Source: Eledone cirrhosa
Taxonomy: Eukaryota
Direction of reading: 5' to 3'
Assembly: GCA_964016885.1 (NCBI GenBank)
Contig: OZ024740.1
Coordinates: 8,804,001 to 8,868,000 of the forward strand
Length of the DNA: 64,000 bases
This document shows, one piece after another, positions 25,982 to 40,900 of the stretch. Position 1 is the stretch's first letter. Every line of letters starts with the position of its first letter. The translations under genes were made by a program, and so were the position numbers. The notes under the pieces were generated by a model. The model had not been told where the DNA came from and ran no database searches. It was given only the letters and a program-made list of their open reading frames with translations.

Positions 25982-28900
25982 ATCAGTTTCTTTTGTATGT
26001 CAGTTTCGATTGGTATGTCAGTTTCTATTGGTATATCAGTTTTGATTGGTATGTTAGATTCTATTGGTATGTCAGGTCCGATTGGTATGTTAGTCCGCGA
26101 TTCGTACGTCAGTTTCTATTGGTATATCAATTTCGATTGGTATGTCAGTTTCTATTGGTCTGTCAGTTTCTATTGGTATATCAGTTTCGATTGGTATGTC
26201 AGTTTCGATTAGTATATCAGTTTCTATTGGTATGTCAGTTTCTATTGGTATATCAATTTCGATTGGTATATCAGTTTCTATTGGTATGTCAGTTTCGATT
26301 CGTATGTCAGTTTCGATTGGTACATCAGTTTCGATTGGTAAGTCAGTTTCGATTTGTATGTCAATTTCTATTGGCATATCAGTTTCTATTGGTATGTCAG
26401 TTTCGATTGGTATGTCAGTTTCTATTGGTATATCAGTTTCGATTGGTATATCAGTTTCTATTGGTATATCAGTTCCGATTATTATATCAGTTTCGATTGG
26501 TATGTCAGTTTCGATTAGTATATCAGTTTCTATTGGTATGTCAGTTATGATTGGTATGTCAGTTTCTATTGGTATATCAGTTTCTCTTGGTATATCAGTT
26601 TCTATTGGTATGTCAGTTTCTATTGGTATGTTAGTCCTCGATATGTATGTCAGTTTCTATTGGTATATCAATTTTGATTGGTATGTCAGTTTCGATTCGT
26701 ATGTCAGTTTCGATTAGTATATCAGTTTCTATTGGTATGTCAGTTTCGATTGGTATGTTAGTCCTCGATTTGTATGTCAGTTTCTATTGGTATATCAGTT
26801 TCGATTGGTATATCAGTTTCGATTGGTATATCAGTTTCGATTGGTATGTCAGTTTATATTGGTATGTCAGTTTCTATTGGTATGTCACTTTCGATTGGTA
26901 TATCAGTTTCGATTGATATGTCAGTTTTATTGGTATGTCAATTTCGATTGGTATATCAGTTTCGATTGGTATGTCAGTCTCTATTGGTATATCAGTTTAT
27001 ATTTGTATGTCAGTTTCGATTGGTATGTCAGTTTCTATTGGTATATCAGTTTTGATTGGTATGTTAGTTTCTATTGGTATGTCAGTTCCGATTAGTATGT
27101 TAGTCCTCGATTTGTATGTCAGTTTCTATTGGTATATCAATTTCGATTGGTATGTCAGTTTCTAATGGTATGTCAGTTTCTATTGGTATATAAGTTTCAA
27201 TTGATACGTCAGTTTCGATTAGTATATCAGTTTCTATTGGTATGTCAGTTTTGATTGGTATGTTAGTTTCTATTGGTATATCAGTTTCGATTGGTATATC
27301 AGTTTCTTTTGGTATATCATTACCGATTGGTATATCAGTTTCGATTGGTATGTCAGTTTCTATTGGTATATCATTTTCGATTGATATATCAGTTTCGATT
27401 AGTATGTCAGTTTCTATTGGTATGTCAGTTTCGATGAGTATATCAGTTTCTATTGGTATATCAGTTTCGATTGGTATGTCAGTTTCTATTGGTATATCAG
27501 TTCCGATTGGTATATCAGTTTCGATTGGTATATCAGTTTCTATTGGTATATCAGTTCCGATTGGTATATCAGTTTCAATTGGTATGTCAGTTTCGATTGG
27601 TATATCAGTTTCTATTGGTATGTCAGTTTCGATTGGTATGTCAGTTTTATTGGTATATCAATTTCGATTGGTAAATCACTTTGGATTAGTATGTCAGTTT
27701 CTATTTGTATATCAGTTTCTTTTGTATGTCAGTTTCGATTGGTATGTCAGTTTCTATTGGTATATCAGTTTTGATTGGTATGTTAAGATTCTATTGGTAT
27801 GTCAGGTCCGATTGGTATGTTAGTCCGCGATTCGTACGTCAGTTTCTATTGGTATATCAATTTCGATTGGTATGTCAGTTTCTATTGGTCTGTCAGTTTC
27901 TATTGGTATATCAGTTTCGATTGGTATGTCAGTTTCGATTAGTATATCAGTTTCTATTGGTATGTCAGTTTCTATTGGTATATCAATTTCGATTGGTATA
28001 TCAGTTTCTATTGGTATGTCAGTTTCGATTCATATGTCAGTTTCGATTGGTACATCAGTTTCGATTGGTAAGTCAGTTTCGATTTGTATGTCAATTTCGA
28101 TTGGTATGTCAGTTTCGATTAGTATGTCAGTTTCTATTGGCATATCAGTTTCTATTTGTATGTCAGTTTCGATTGGTATGTCAGTTTCTATTGGTATATC
28201 AGTTTCGATTGGTATATCAGTTTCTACTGGTATATCAGTTCCGATTGTTATATCAGTTTCGATTGGTATGTCAGTTTCGATTAGTATATCAGTTTCTATT
28301 GGTATGTCAGTTATGATTGGTATGTCAGTTTCTATTGGTATATCAGTTTCTATTGGTACATCAGTTTCTATTGGTATGTCAGTTTCTATTGGTATGTTAG
28401 TCCTCGATATGTATGTCAGTTTCTATTGGTATATCAATTTCGATTGGTATGTCAGTTTCGATTGGTATGTCAGTTTCGATTAGTATATCAGTTTCTATTG
28501 GTATGTCAGTTTCGATTGGTATGTTAGTCCTAGATTTGTATGTCAGTTTCTATTGGTATATCAGTTTCGATTGGTATATCAGTTTCGATTGGTATATCAG
28601 TTTCGATTGGTATGTCAGTTTATATTGGTATGTCAGTTTCTATTGGTATGTCACTTTCAATTGGTATATCAGTTTCGATTGATATGTCAGTTTTATTGGT
28701 ATGTCAATTTCGATTGGTATATCAGTTTCGATTGGTATGTCAGTCTCTATTGGTATATCAGTTTATATTTGTATGTCAGTTTCGATTGGTATGTCAGTTT
28801 CTATTGGTATATCAGTTTTGATTGGTATGTTAGTTTCTATTGGTATGTCAGTTCTGATTGGTATGTTAGTCCTCGATTCGTATGTCAGTTTCTATTGGTA

Positions 28901-31900
28901 TATCAATTTCGATTGGTATGTCAGTTTCTAATGGTATGTCAGTTTCTATTGGTATATAAGTTTCAATTGATACGTCAGTTTCGATTAGTATATCAGTTTC
29001 TATTGGTATGTCAGTTTTGATTGGTATGTTAGTTTCTATTGGTATATCAGTTTCGATTGGTATATCAGTTTCTTTTGGTATATCATTACCGATTGGTATA
29101 TCAGTTTCGATTGGTATGTCAGTTTCTATTGGTATATCATTTTCGATTGGTATATCAGTTTCTATTGGTATATCAGCTTCGATTGGTATGTCAGTTTCTA
29201 TTGGTATGTCAGTTTCTATTGGTACGTCAATTTTGATTGGTATATCAGTTTCGATTGGTATGTCAGTTTCTATTAGTATATCAGTTTATATTTGTATGTC
29301 AGTTTCGATTGGTATATCAGTTTCTACTTGTATATCAGTTTTGATTCGTATTTTAGTTTCTATTGGTATGTCGGTTCCGATTGGTATGTTAGTCCTCGAT
29401 TGGTATATCAGTTTCGATTAGTATGTCAGTTTCGATTAGTATATCAGTTTCTATTGGTATGTCAGTTCCGATTTGTATGTTAGTCCTCGATTTGTATGAC
29501 AGTTTCTATTGGTATATAAGTTTCGATTGGTATGTCAGTTTCTATTGGTATGTCAGTTTCTATTGGTATGTCAGTTTCAATTGGTATATCAGTTTCAATT
29601 GGTATGTCAGTTTTATTGGTATGTCAATTTCGATTGGTATATCAGTTTCGATTGGTATGTCAGTTTCTATTGGTATATCAGTTTTGATTGGTATGTTAGT
29701 TTCGATTGGTATATCAGTTTCGATTGGTGTATCAATTTCTATGTGTATATCAGTTCCGATTGGTATATCAGTTTCGATTGGTAAGTCAGTTTTGATTAGT
29801 ATGTCAGTTTCTATTGGTATATCAGTTTCTATTGGTATATCAGTTTCTATTGGTATGTTAGTTTCTATTGGTATATCAATTTTGATTGGTATGTTAGTTT
29901 CTATTGGTATGTCAGTTTCGATTAGTATATCAGTTTCTATTTGTATGTCAGTTTCGATTTGTATGTGAGTCCTCGATTTGTATATCAGTTTCTATTGGTA
30001 TATCAATTTCGATTGGTAGGTCAGTTTCTATTGGTATATCAGTTTCTATTGGCATGTCAGTTTTGATTGGTATATCAGTTTCTATTGTTATATCAGTTCC
30101 AATTGGTATATCAGTTTCGATTAGTATATCAGTTTTTATTGGTATATCAGTCCCGATTGGTATATCAGTTTCGATTGGTATGTCAGTTTCTATTGGTATA
30201 TCAGTTTTGATTGATATATCAGTTTCGATTAGTATATCAGTTTCTATTGGTATGTCAGTTTCGATTAGTATATCAGTTTCTATTGGTATATCAGTTTCGA
30301 TTGGTACGTTAGTTTCTACTGGTATGTCAGTTTATATTTGTATGTCTGTTTTGATTGGTATGTCAGTTTCGATTGGTATGTCAGTTTTATTGGTATGTTA
30401 GTTTCGATTGGGATATCAGTTTCGATTGGTATGTCAGTTTTATTGGTATGTCAATTTCAATTGGTATATCAGTTTCGATTGGTATGTCAGTTTCTATTGG
30501 TATATCAGTATATATTTGTATGTCAGTTTCTATTGGTATATCAGTTTTTATTGGTATGTTAGTTTCTATTGGTATGACAGGTCCGATTGGTATGTTAGTC
30601 CGCGATTCGTACGTCAGTTTCTATTGGTATATCAATTTCGATTGGTATGTCAGTTTCTATTGCTCTGTTAGTTTCTATTGGTATATCAGTTTCTATTGGT
30701 ATGTCAATTTTGATTAGTATGTCAGTTTCTATTGGTATATCAGTTTCGATTGGTATATCAGTTTCTATTGGTATATCTGTTCCGATTGGTCTATCAGTTT
30801 CGATTGGTATGTCAGTTTCGATTAGCATATCAGTTTCTATTGGTATGTCAGTTATGATTGGTATGTCAGTTTCTATTGGTATATCAGTTTCTATTGGTAT
30901 ATCAGTTTCTATTGGTATGTCAGTTTCTATTGGTATTTTACTTTCTATTGGTATGTTAGTCCTCGTTTTGTATGTCAGTTTCTATTGGTATATCAATTTC
31001 GATTGGTATGTCAGTTTCTATTGGTATGTCAGTTTCTATTGGTATATCAATTTCGATTGGTATGTCAGTTTCGATTTGTATATCAGTTTCGATTCGTATG
31101 TCAGTTTCGATTGGTATGTCAGTTTCGATTGGTATGTCAGTTTCGATTTGTATGTCAGTTTCGATTGGTATATTAGTTTCGATTAGTATGTTAGTATCTA
31201 TTGGTATGTCGGTTTCCATTGGTATATCAGTTTCATTTAGTATGTCAGTTTCTATTGGTATATCAGTTTCTATTGGTATGTCAGTTTTGATAGGTATGTC
31301 AGTTTCTATTGGTATATCAGATTTGATTGGTATATCAGTTTCTATTGGTATATCAGTTCCGATTGGTATGTCAGTTTCGATTGGTATATCAGTTTCTATT
31401 GGTATATCAGTTTCGATTGATATACCAGTTTCGATTAGTATGTCAGTTTCTATTGGTATGTCAGTTTCGATTAGTATATCAGTTTCTGTTGGTATGCCAG
31501 TTTCGATTGGTATGTCAGTTTCTATTGGTATATCAGTTTCGATTGGTATATCAGTTTCGATTGGTACATCAGTTTCGATTGGTATGTCAGTTTATATTTG
31601 TATGTCAGTTTCTATTGGTATGCCACTTTCAATTGGTATATCAGTTTCGATTGGTATATCAGTTTCGATTGGTATGTCAGTCTCTATTGGTATATCAGTT
31701 TATATTTGTATGTTAGTTTCTATTGGTATGTCAGGTCCGATTGGTATGTTAGTCCGCGATTCGTACGTCAGTTTCTATTGGTATATCAATTTCGATTGGT
31801 AGGTCTGTTTCTATTGGTATATCAGTTTCTATTGGTATGTCAGTTTTGATTGGTATGTCAGTTTCTATTGGTATATCAGTTTCGATTGTTATATCAGTTT

Positions 31901-34900
31901 CTATTGTTACATCAGTTCCGATTGGTATATCAGTTTCGATTAGTATATCAGTTTCTATTGGTATATCAGTCCCGATTGGTATATCAGTTTCGATTGGTAT
32001 GTCAGTTTCTATTGGTATATCAGTCTCGATTGATATATCAGTTTCAATTAGTATGTCAGTTTCTAATGGTATGTCAGTTTCGATTAATATATCAGTTTCT
32101 ATTGGTATATCAGTTTCGATTGGTATGTCAGTTTCTATTGGTATATCAGTTTCGATTGGTATATAAGTTGCGATTGGTATGTCAGTTTCTATTGGTATGT
32201 CAGTTTCTATTAGTATATCGATTTCGATTGGTAGGTCAGTTTCTATTGGTATGTCAGTTTCAATTTGTATGTCAGTTTCTATTGGTATGTCAGTTTCTAT
32301 TGGTATATCTGTTTCTATTTGTATGTCAGTTTTGATTGGTATGTCAGTTTCTATTGGTATATCAGTTTCGATTGGTAAGTTAGTTTCTATTGTTATGTCA
32401 GTTTCTATTATTATATCAGTTTCTATTGGTATGTGAGTTTAAATTGGTATATCAGTTTCTATTGGTATATCAGTTCCGATTGGTATATCAGTTTCGATTG
32501 GTATATAAGTTTCTATTGGTATATCAGTTCCGATTGGTATATCAGTTTCAATTGGTATGTCAGTTTCTATTGGTATATCAGTTTCGATTGATATATCAGT
32601 TTCGATTAGTATGTCAGTTTCTAATGGTATGTCAGTTTCGATTAGTATATCAGTTTCTATTGGTATGTCAGTTTCGATTGGTATGTCAGTTTCTATTGGT
32701 ATATCAGTTTTGATTGGTATATCAGTTTTGATTGGTATATCAGTTTCGATTGGTATGTCAGTTTCGATTAGTATATCAGTTTCTATTGGTATGTCAGTTT
32801 CGATTGGTATGTTAGTCCTCTATTTGTATGTCAGTTTCTATTGGTATATCAATTTCGATTGGTATGTCAGTTTCTATTGGTATGTCAGTTTCTATTGGTA
32901 TATCAGTTCCGATTGGTATGTCAGTTTCGATTGGTATATCAGTTTCTATTGGTATATCAGTTTCGATTGATATACCAGTTTCGATTAGTATGTCAGTTTC
33001 TATTGGTATGTCAGTTTCGATTAGTATATCAGTTTCTATTGGTATGCCAGTTTCGATTGGTTTGTCAGTTTCTATTGGTATATCAGTTTCGATTGGTATA
33101 TCAGTTTCGATTGGTATATCAGTTTCGATTGGTATGTCAGTTAATATTGGTATGTCAGTTTCTATTGGTATGTCACTTTCAATTGGTATATCAGTTTCGA
33201 TTGATATGTCAGTTTCATTGGTATGTCAATTTCGATTGGTATATCAGTTTCGATTGGTATGTCAGTCTCTATTGGTATATCAGTTTATATTTGTATGTCA
33301 GTTTCGATTAGTATGCCAGTTTCTATTGGTATATCAGTTTTTATTGGTATGTTAGTTTCTATTGGTATGTCAGTTCCGATTGGTATGTTAGTCCGCGATT
33401 CGTACGTCAGTTTCTATTGGTTTATCAATTTCGATTGGTATGTCAGTTTCTATTGCTCTGTTAGTTTCTATTGGTATATCAGTTTCTATTGGTATGTCAA
33501 TTTTGATTAGTATGTCAGTTTCTATTGGTATATCAGTTTCGATTGGTATATCAGTTTCTATTGGTATATCTGTTCCGATTGGTCTATCAGTTTCGATTGG
33601 TATGTCAGTTTCGATTAGTATATCAGTTTCTATTGGTATGTCAGTTATGATTGGTATGTCAGTTTCTATTGGTATATCAGTTTCGATTGGTATATCAGTT
33701 TCTTTTGGTATATCATTACCGATTGGTATATCAGTTTCGATTGGTATGTCAGTTTCTATTGGTATATCATTTTCGATTGGTATATCAGTTTCTATTGGTA
33801 TATCAGCTTCGATTGGTATGTCAGTTTCTATTGGTATGTCAGTTTCTATTGGTACGTCAATTTTGATTGGTATATCAGTTTCGATTGGTATGTCAGTTTC
33901 TATTAGTATATCAGTTTATATTTGTATGTCAGTTTCGATTGGTATATCAGTTTCTACTTGTATATCAGTTTTGATTCGTATTTTAGTTTCTATTGGTATG
34001 TCGGTTCCGATTGGTATGTTAGTCCTCGATTGGTATATCAGTTTCGATTAGTATGTCAGTTTCGATTAGTATATCAGTTTCTATTGGTATGTCAGTTCCG
34101 ATTTGTATGTTAGTCCTCGATTTGTATGTCAGTTTCTATTGGTATATAAGTTTCGATTGGTATGTCAGTTTCTATTGGTATGTCAGTTTCTATTGGTATG
34201 TCAGTTTCAATTGGTATATCAGTTTCAATTGGTATGTCAGTTTTATTGGTATGTCAATTTCGATTGGTATATCAGTTTCGATTGGTATGTCAGTTTCTAT
34301 TGGTATATCAGTTTTGATTGGTATGTTAGTTTCGATTGGTATATCAGTTTCGATTGGTATATCAATTTCTATGTGTATATCAGTTCCGATTGGTATATCA
34401 GTTTCGATTGGTAAGTCAGTTTTGATTAGTATGTCAGTTTCTATTGGTATATCAGTTTCTATTGGTATATCAGTTTCTATTGGTATGTTAGTTTCTATTG
34501 GTATATCAATTTTGATTGGTATGTTAGTTTCTATTGGTATGTCAGTTTCGATTAGTATATCAGTTTCTATTTGTATGTCAGTTTCGATTTGTATGTGAGT
34601 CCTCGATTTGTATATCAGTTTCTATTGGTATATCAATTTCGATTGGTAGGTCAGTTTCTATTGGTATATCAGTTTCTATTGGCATGTCAGTTTTGATTGG
34701 TATATCAGTTTCTATTGTTATATCAGTTCCAATTGGTATATCAGTTTCGATTAGTATATCAGTTTTTATTGGTATATCAGTCCCGATTGGTATATCAGTT
34801 TCGATTGGTATGTCAGTTTCTATTGGTATATCAGTTTTGATTGATATATCAGTTTCGATTAGTATATCAGTTTCTATTGGTATGTCAGTTTCGATTAGTA

Positions 34901-37900
34901 TATCAGTTTCTATTGGTATATCAGTTTCGATTGGTACGTTAGTTTCTACTGGTATGTCAGTTTATATTTGTATGTCTGTTTTGATTGGTATGTCAGTTTC
35001 GATTGGTATGTCAGTTTTATTGGTATGTTAGTTTCGATTGGGATATCAGTTTCGATTGGTATGTCAGTTTTATTGGTATGTCAATTTCAATTGGTATATC
35101 AGTTTCGATTGGTATGTCAGTTTCTATTGGTATATCAGTTTATATTTGTATGTCAGTTTCTATTGGTATATCAGTTTTTATTAGTATGTTAGTTTCTATT
35201 GGTATGACAGGTCCGATTGGTATGTTAGTCCGCGATTCGTACGTCAGTTTCTATTGGTATATCAATTTCGATTGGTATGTCAGTTTCTATTGCTCTGTTA
35301 GTTTCTATTGGTATATCAGCTTCTATTGGTATGTCAATTTTGATTAGTATGTCAGTTTCTATTGGTATATCAGTTTCGATTGGTATATCAGTTTCTATTG
35401 GTATATCTGTTCCGATTGGTCTATCAGTTTCGATTGGTATGTCAGTTTCGATTAGTATATCAGTTTCTATTGGTATGTCAGTTATGATTGGTATATCAGT
35501 TTCTATTGGTATATCAGTTTCTATTGGTATATCAGTTTCTATTGGTATGTCAGTTTCTATTGGTATTTTACTTTCTATTGGTATGTTAGTCCTGGTTTTG
35601 TATGTCAGTTTCTATTGGTATATCAATTTCGATTGGTATGTCAGTTTCTATTGGTATGTCAGTTTCTATTGGTATATCAATTTCGATTGGTATGTCAGTT
35701 TCGATTTGTATATCAGTTTCGATTCGTATGTCAGTTTCGATTGGTATGTCAGTTTCGATTGGTATGTCAGTTTCGATTGGTATATCAGTTTCTATTGGTA
35801 TATCAGTTTCGATTGATATACCAGTTTCGATTAGTATGTCAGTTTCTATTGGTATGTCAGTTTCGATTAGTATATCAGTTTCTGTTGGTATGCCAGTTTC
35901 GATTGGTATGTCAGTTTCTATTGGTATATCAGTTTCGATTGGTATATCAGTTTCGATTGGTACATCAGTTTCGATTGGTATGTCAGTTTATATTTGTATG
36001 TCAGTTTCTATTGGTATGCCACTTTCAATTGGTATATCAGTTTCGATTGGTATATCAGTTTCGATTGGTATGTCAGTCTCTATTGGTATATCAGTTTATA
36101 TTTGTATGTTAGTTTCTATTGGTATGTCAGGTCCGATTGGTATGTTAGTCCGCGATTCGTACGTCAGTTTCTATTGGTATATCAATTTCGATTGGTAGGT
36201 CTGTTTCTATTGGTATATCAGTTTCTATTGGTATGTCAGTTTTGATTGGTATGTCAGTTTCTATTGGTATATCAGTTTCGATTGTTATATCAGTTTCTAT
36301 TGTTACATCAGTTCCGATTGGTATATCAGTTTCGATTAGTATATCAGTTTCTATTGGTATATCAGTCCCGATTGGTATATCAGTTTCGATTGGTATGTCA
36401 GTTTCTATTGGTATATCAGTCTCGATTGATATATCAGTTTCAATTAGTATGTCAGTTTCTAATGGTATGTCAGTTTCGATTAATATATCAGTTTCTATTG
36501 GTATATCAGTTTCGATTGGTATGTCAGTTTCTATTGGTATATCAGTTTCGATTGGTATATAAGTTGCGATTGGTATGTCAGTTTCTATTGGTATGTCAGT
36601 TTCTATTAGTATATCGATTTCGATTGGTAGGTCAGTTTCTATTGGTATGTCAGTTTCAATTTGTATGTCAGTTTCTATTGGTATGTCAGTTTCTATTGGT
36701 ATATCTGTTTCTATTTGTATGTCAGTTTTGATTGGTATGTCAGTTTCTATTGGTATATCAGTTTCGATTGGTAAGTTAGTTTCTATTGTTATGTCAGTTT
36801 CTATTATTATATCAGTGTCTATTGGTATGTGAGTTTAAATTGGTATATCAGTTTCTATTGGTATATCAGTTCCGATTGGTATATCAGTTTCGATTGGTAT
36901 ATAAGTTTCTATTGGTATATCAGTTCCGATTGGTATATCAGTTTCAATTGGTATGTCAGTTTCTATTGGTATATCAGTTTCGATTGATATATCAGTTTCG
37001 ATTAGTATGTCAGTTTCTAATGGTATGTCAGTTTCGATTAGTATATCAGTTTCTATTGGTATGTCAGTTTCGATTGGTATGTCAGTTTCTATTGGTATAT
37101 CAGTTTTGATTGGTATATCAGTTTTGATTGGTATATCAGTTTCGATTGGTATGTCAGTTTCGATTAGTATATCAGTTTCTATTGGTATGTCAGTTTCGAT
37201 TGGTATGTTAGTCCTCTATTTGTATGTCAGTTTCTATTGGTATATCAATTTCGATTGGTATGTCAGTTTCTATTGGTATGTCAGTTTCTATTGGTATATC
37301 AGTTCCGATTGGTATGTCAGTTTCGATTGGTATATCAGTTTCTATTGGTATATCAGTTTCGATTGATATACCAGTTTCGATTAGTATGTCAGTTTCTATT
37401 GGTATGTCAGTTTCGATTAGTATATCAGTTTCTATTGGTATGCCAGTTTCGATTGGTTTGTCAGTTTCTATTGGTATATCAGTTTCGATTGGTATATCAG
37501 TTTCGATTGGTATATCAGTTTCGATTGGTATGTCAGTTAATATTGGTATGTCAGTTTCTATTGGTATGTCACTTTCAATTGGTATATCAGTTTCGATTGA
37601 TATGTCAGTTTCATTGGTATGTCAATTTCGATTGGTATATCAGTTTCGATTGGTATGTCAGTCTCTATTGGTATATCAGTTTATATTTGTATGTCAGTTT
37701 CGATTAGTATGCCAGTTTCTATTGGTATATCAGTTTTTATTGGTATGTTAGTTTCTATTGGTATGTCAGTTCCGATTGGTATGTTAGTCCGCGATTCGTA
37801 CGTCAGTTTCTATTGGTTTATCAATTTCGATTGGTATGTCAGTTTCTATTGCTCTGTTAGTTTCTATTGGTATATCAGTTTCTATTGGTATGTCAATTTT

Positions 37901-40900
37901 GATTAGTATGTCAGTTTCTATTGGTATATCAGTTTCGATTGGTATATCAGTTTCTATTGGTATATCTGTTCCGATTGGTCTATCAGTTTCGATTGGTATG
38001 TCAGTTTCGATTAGTATATCAGTTTCTATTGGTATGTCAGTTATGATTGGTATGTCAGTTTCTATTGGTATATCAGTTTCTATTGGTATATCAGTTTCTA
38101 TTGGTATGTCAGTTTCTATTGGTATGTCACTTTCTATTGGTATGTTAGTCCTCGTTTTGTATGTCAGTTTCTATTGGTATATCAATTTCGATTGGTATGT
38201 CAGTTTCTATTGGTATGTCAGTTTCTATTGGTATATCAATTTCGATTGGTATGTCAGTTTCGATTTGTATATCAGTTTCGATTCGTATGTCAGTTTCGAT
38301 TGGTATGTCAGTTTCGATTTTTATGTCAGTTTCGATTGGTATATCAGTTTCAATTAGTATGTCAGTATCTATTGGTATGTCGGTTTCCATTGGTATATCA
38401 GTTTCAATTGGTATGTCAGTTTCTATTGGTATATCAGTTTCTATTGGTATGTCAGTTTTGATAGGTATGTCAGTTTCTATTGGTATATCAGTTTTGATTG
38501 GTATATCAATTTCTATCGGTATATCAGTTCCGATTGGTATGTCAGTTTCGATTAGTATATCAATTTCTATTGGTATATCAGTTTCGATTGATATACCAGT
38601 TTCGATTAGTATGTCAGTTTCTATTGGTATGTCAGTTTCGATTAGTATATCAGTTTCTATTGGTATGCCAGTTTCGATTTGTATGTCAGTTTCTATTGGT
38701 ATATCAGTTTCGATTGGTATATCAGTTTCGATTGGTATATCAGTTTCGATTGGTATGTCAGTTTTATTGGTATGTCAATTTCGATTGGTATATCAGTTTC
38801 GATTGGTATGTCAGTCTCTATTGGTATATCAGTTTATATTTGTATGTCAGTTTCGATTGGTATGTCAGTTTCTATTGGTATACCAGTTTTGATTGGTATG
38901 TTAGTTTCTATTGGTATGTCAGTTCCGATTGGTATGTTAGTCCTCGATTCGTGTGTCAGTTTCTATTGGTATATCAATTTCGATTGGTAGGTCAGTTTCT
39001 ATTGGTATATCAGTTTCTATTGGTATGTCAGTTTTGATTGGTATGTCAGTTTCTATTGGTATGTCAGTTTCTATTGGTATATCAGTTTCGATTGTTATAT
39101 CAGTTTCTATTGTTACATCAGTTCCGATTGGTATATCAGTTTCGATTAGTATATCAGTTTCTATTGGTATATCAGTCCCGATTGGTATATCAGTTTCGAT
39201 TGGTATGTCAGTTTCTATTGGTATATCAGTCTCGATTGATATATCAGTTTCAATTAGTATGTCAGTTTCTATTGGTATGTCAGTTTCGATTAGTATATCA
39301 GTTGCTATTGGTATATCAGTTTCGATTGGTATGTCAGTTTCTATTGGTATATCAGTTTCGATTGGTATATCAGTTTCGATTGGTATATAAGCTGCGATTG
39401 GTATGTTAGTTTCTATTGGTATGTCAGTTTCTATTGGTATATCGATTTCGATTGGTAGGTCAGTTTCTATTGGTATGTCAGTTTCAATTTGTATGTCAGT
39501 TTCTATTGGTATGTCAGTTTCTATTGATATATCAGTTTCGATTGGTATGTCAGTTTCGATTGGTTTGTCAGTTTCTATTGGTATATCAGTTTTGATTGGT
39601 ATGTTAGTTTCGATTGGTATATCAGTTTCGATTGGTATATCAATTTCTATGTGTATATCAGTTCCGATTGGTATATCAGTTTCGATTGGTAAGTCAGTTT
39701 TGATTAGTATGTCAGTTTCTATTGGTATATCAGTTTCTATTGGTATATCAGTTTCTATTGGTATGTTAGTTTCTATTGGTATATCAATTTTGATTGGTAT
39801 GTTAGTTTCTATTGGTATGTCAGTTTCGATTAGTATATCAGTTTCTATTTGTATGTCAGTTTCGATTTGTATGTGAGTCCTCGATTTGTATATCAGTTTC
39901 TATTGGTATATCAATTTCGATTGGTAGGTCAGTTTCTATTGGTATATCAGTTTCTATTGGCATGTCAGTTTTGATTGGTATATCAGTTTCTATTGTTATA
40001 TCAGTTCCAATTGGTATATCAGTTTCGATTAGTATATCAGTTTTTATTGGTATATCAGTCCCGATTGGTATATCAGTTTCGATTGGTATGTCAGTTTCTA
40101 TTGGTATATCAGTTTTGATTGATATATCAGTTTCGATTAGTATATCAGTTACTATTGGTATGTCAGTTTCGATTAGTATATCAGTTTCTATTGGTATATC
40201 AGTTTTGATTGGTATGTCAGTTTCGATTGGTATGTCAGTTTTATTGGTATGTTAGTTTCGATTGGGATATCAGTTTCGATTGGTATGTCAGTTTTATTGG
40301 TATGTCAATTTCAATTGGTATATCAGTTTCGATTGGTATGTCAGTTTCTATTGGTATATCAGTTTATATTTGTATGTCAGTTTCTATTGGTATATCAGTT
40401 TTTATTAGTATGTTAGTTTCTATTGGTATGACAGGTCCGATTGGTATGTTAGTCCGCGATTCGTACGTCAGTTTCTATTGGTATATCAATTTCGATTGGT
40501 ATGTCAGTTTCTATTGCTCTGTTAGTTTCTATTGGTATATCAGTTTCTATTGGTATGTCAATTTTGATTAGTATGTCAGTTTCTATTGGTATATCAGTTT
40601 CGATTGGTATATCAGTTTCTATTGGTATATCTGTTCCGATTGGTCTATCAGTTTCGATTGGTATGTCAGTTTCGATTAGTATATCAGTTTCTATTGGTAT
40701 GTCAGTTATGATTGGTATATCAGTTTCTATTGGTATATCAGTTTCTATTGGTATATCAGTTTCTATTGGTATGTCAGTTTCTATTGGTATTTTACTTTCT
40801 ATTGGTATGTTAGTCGTGGTTTTGTATGTCAGTTTCTATTGGTATATCAATTTCGATTGGTATGTCAGTTTCTATTGGTATGTCAGTTTCTATTGGTATA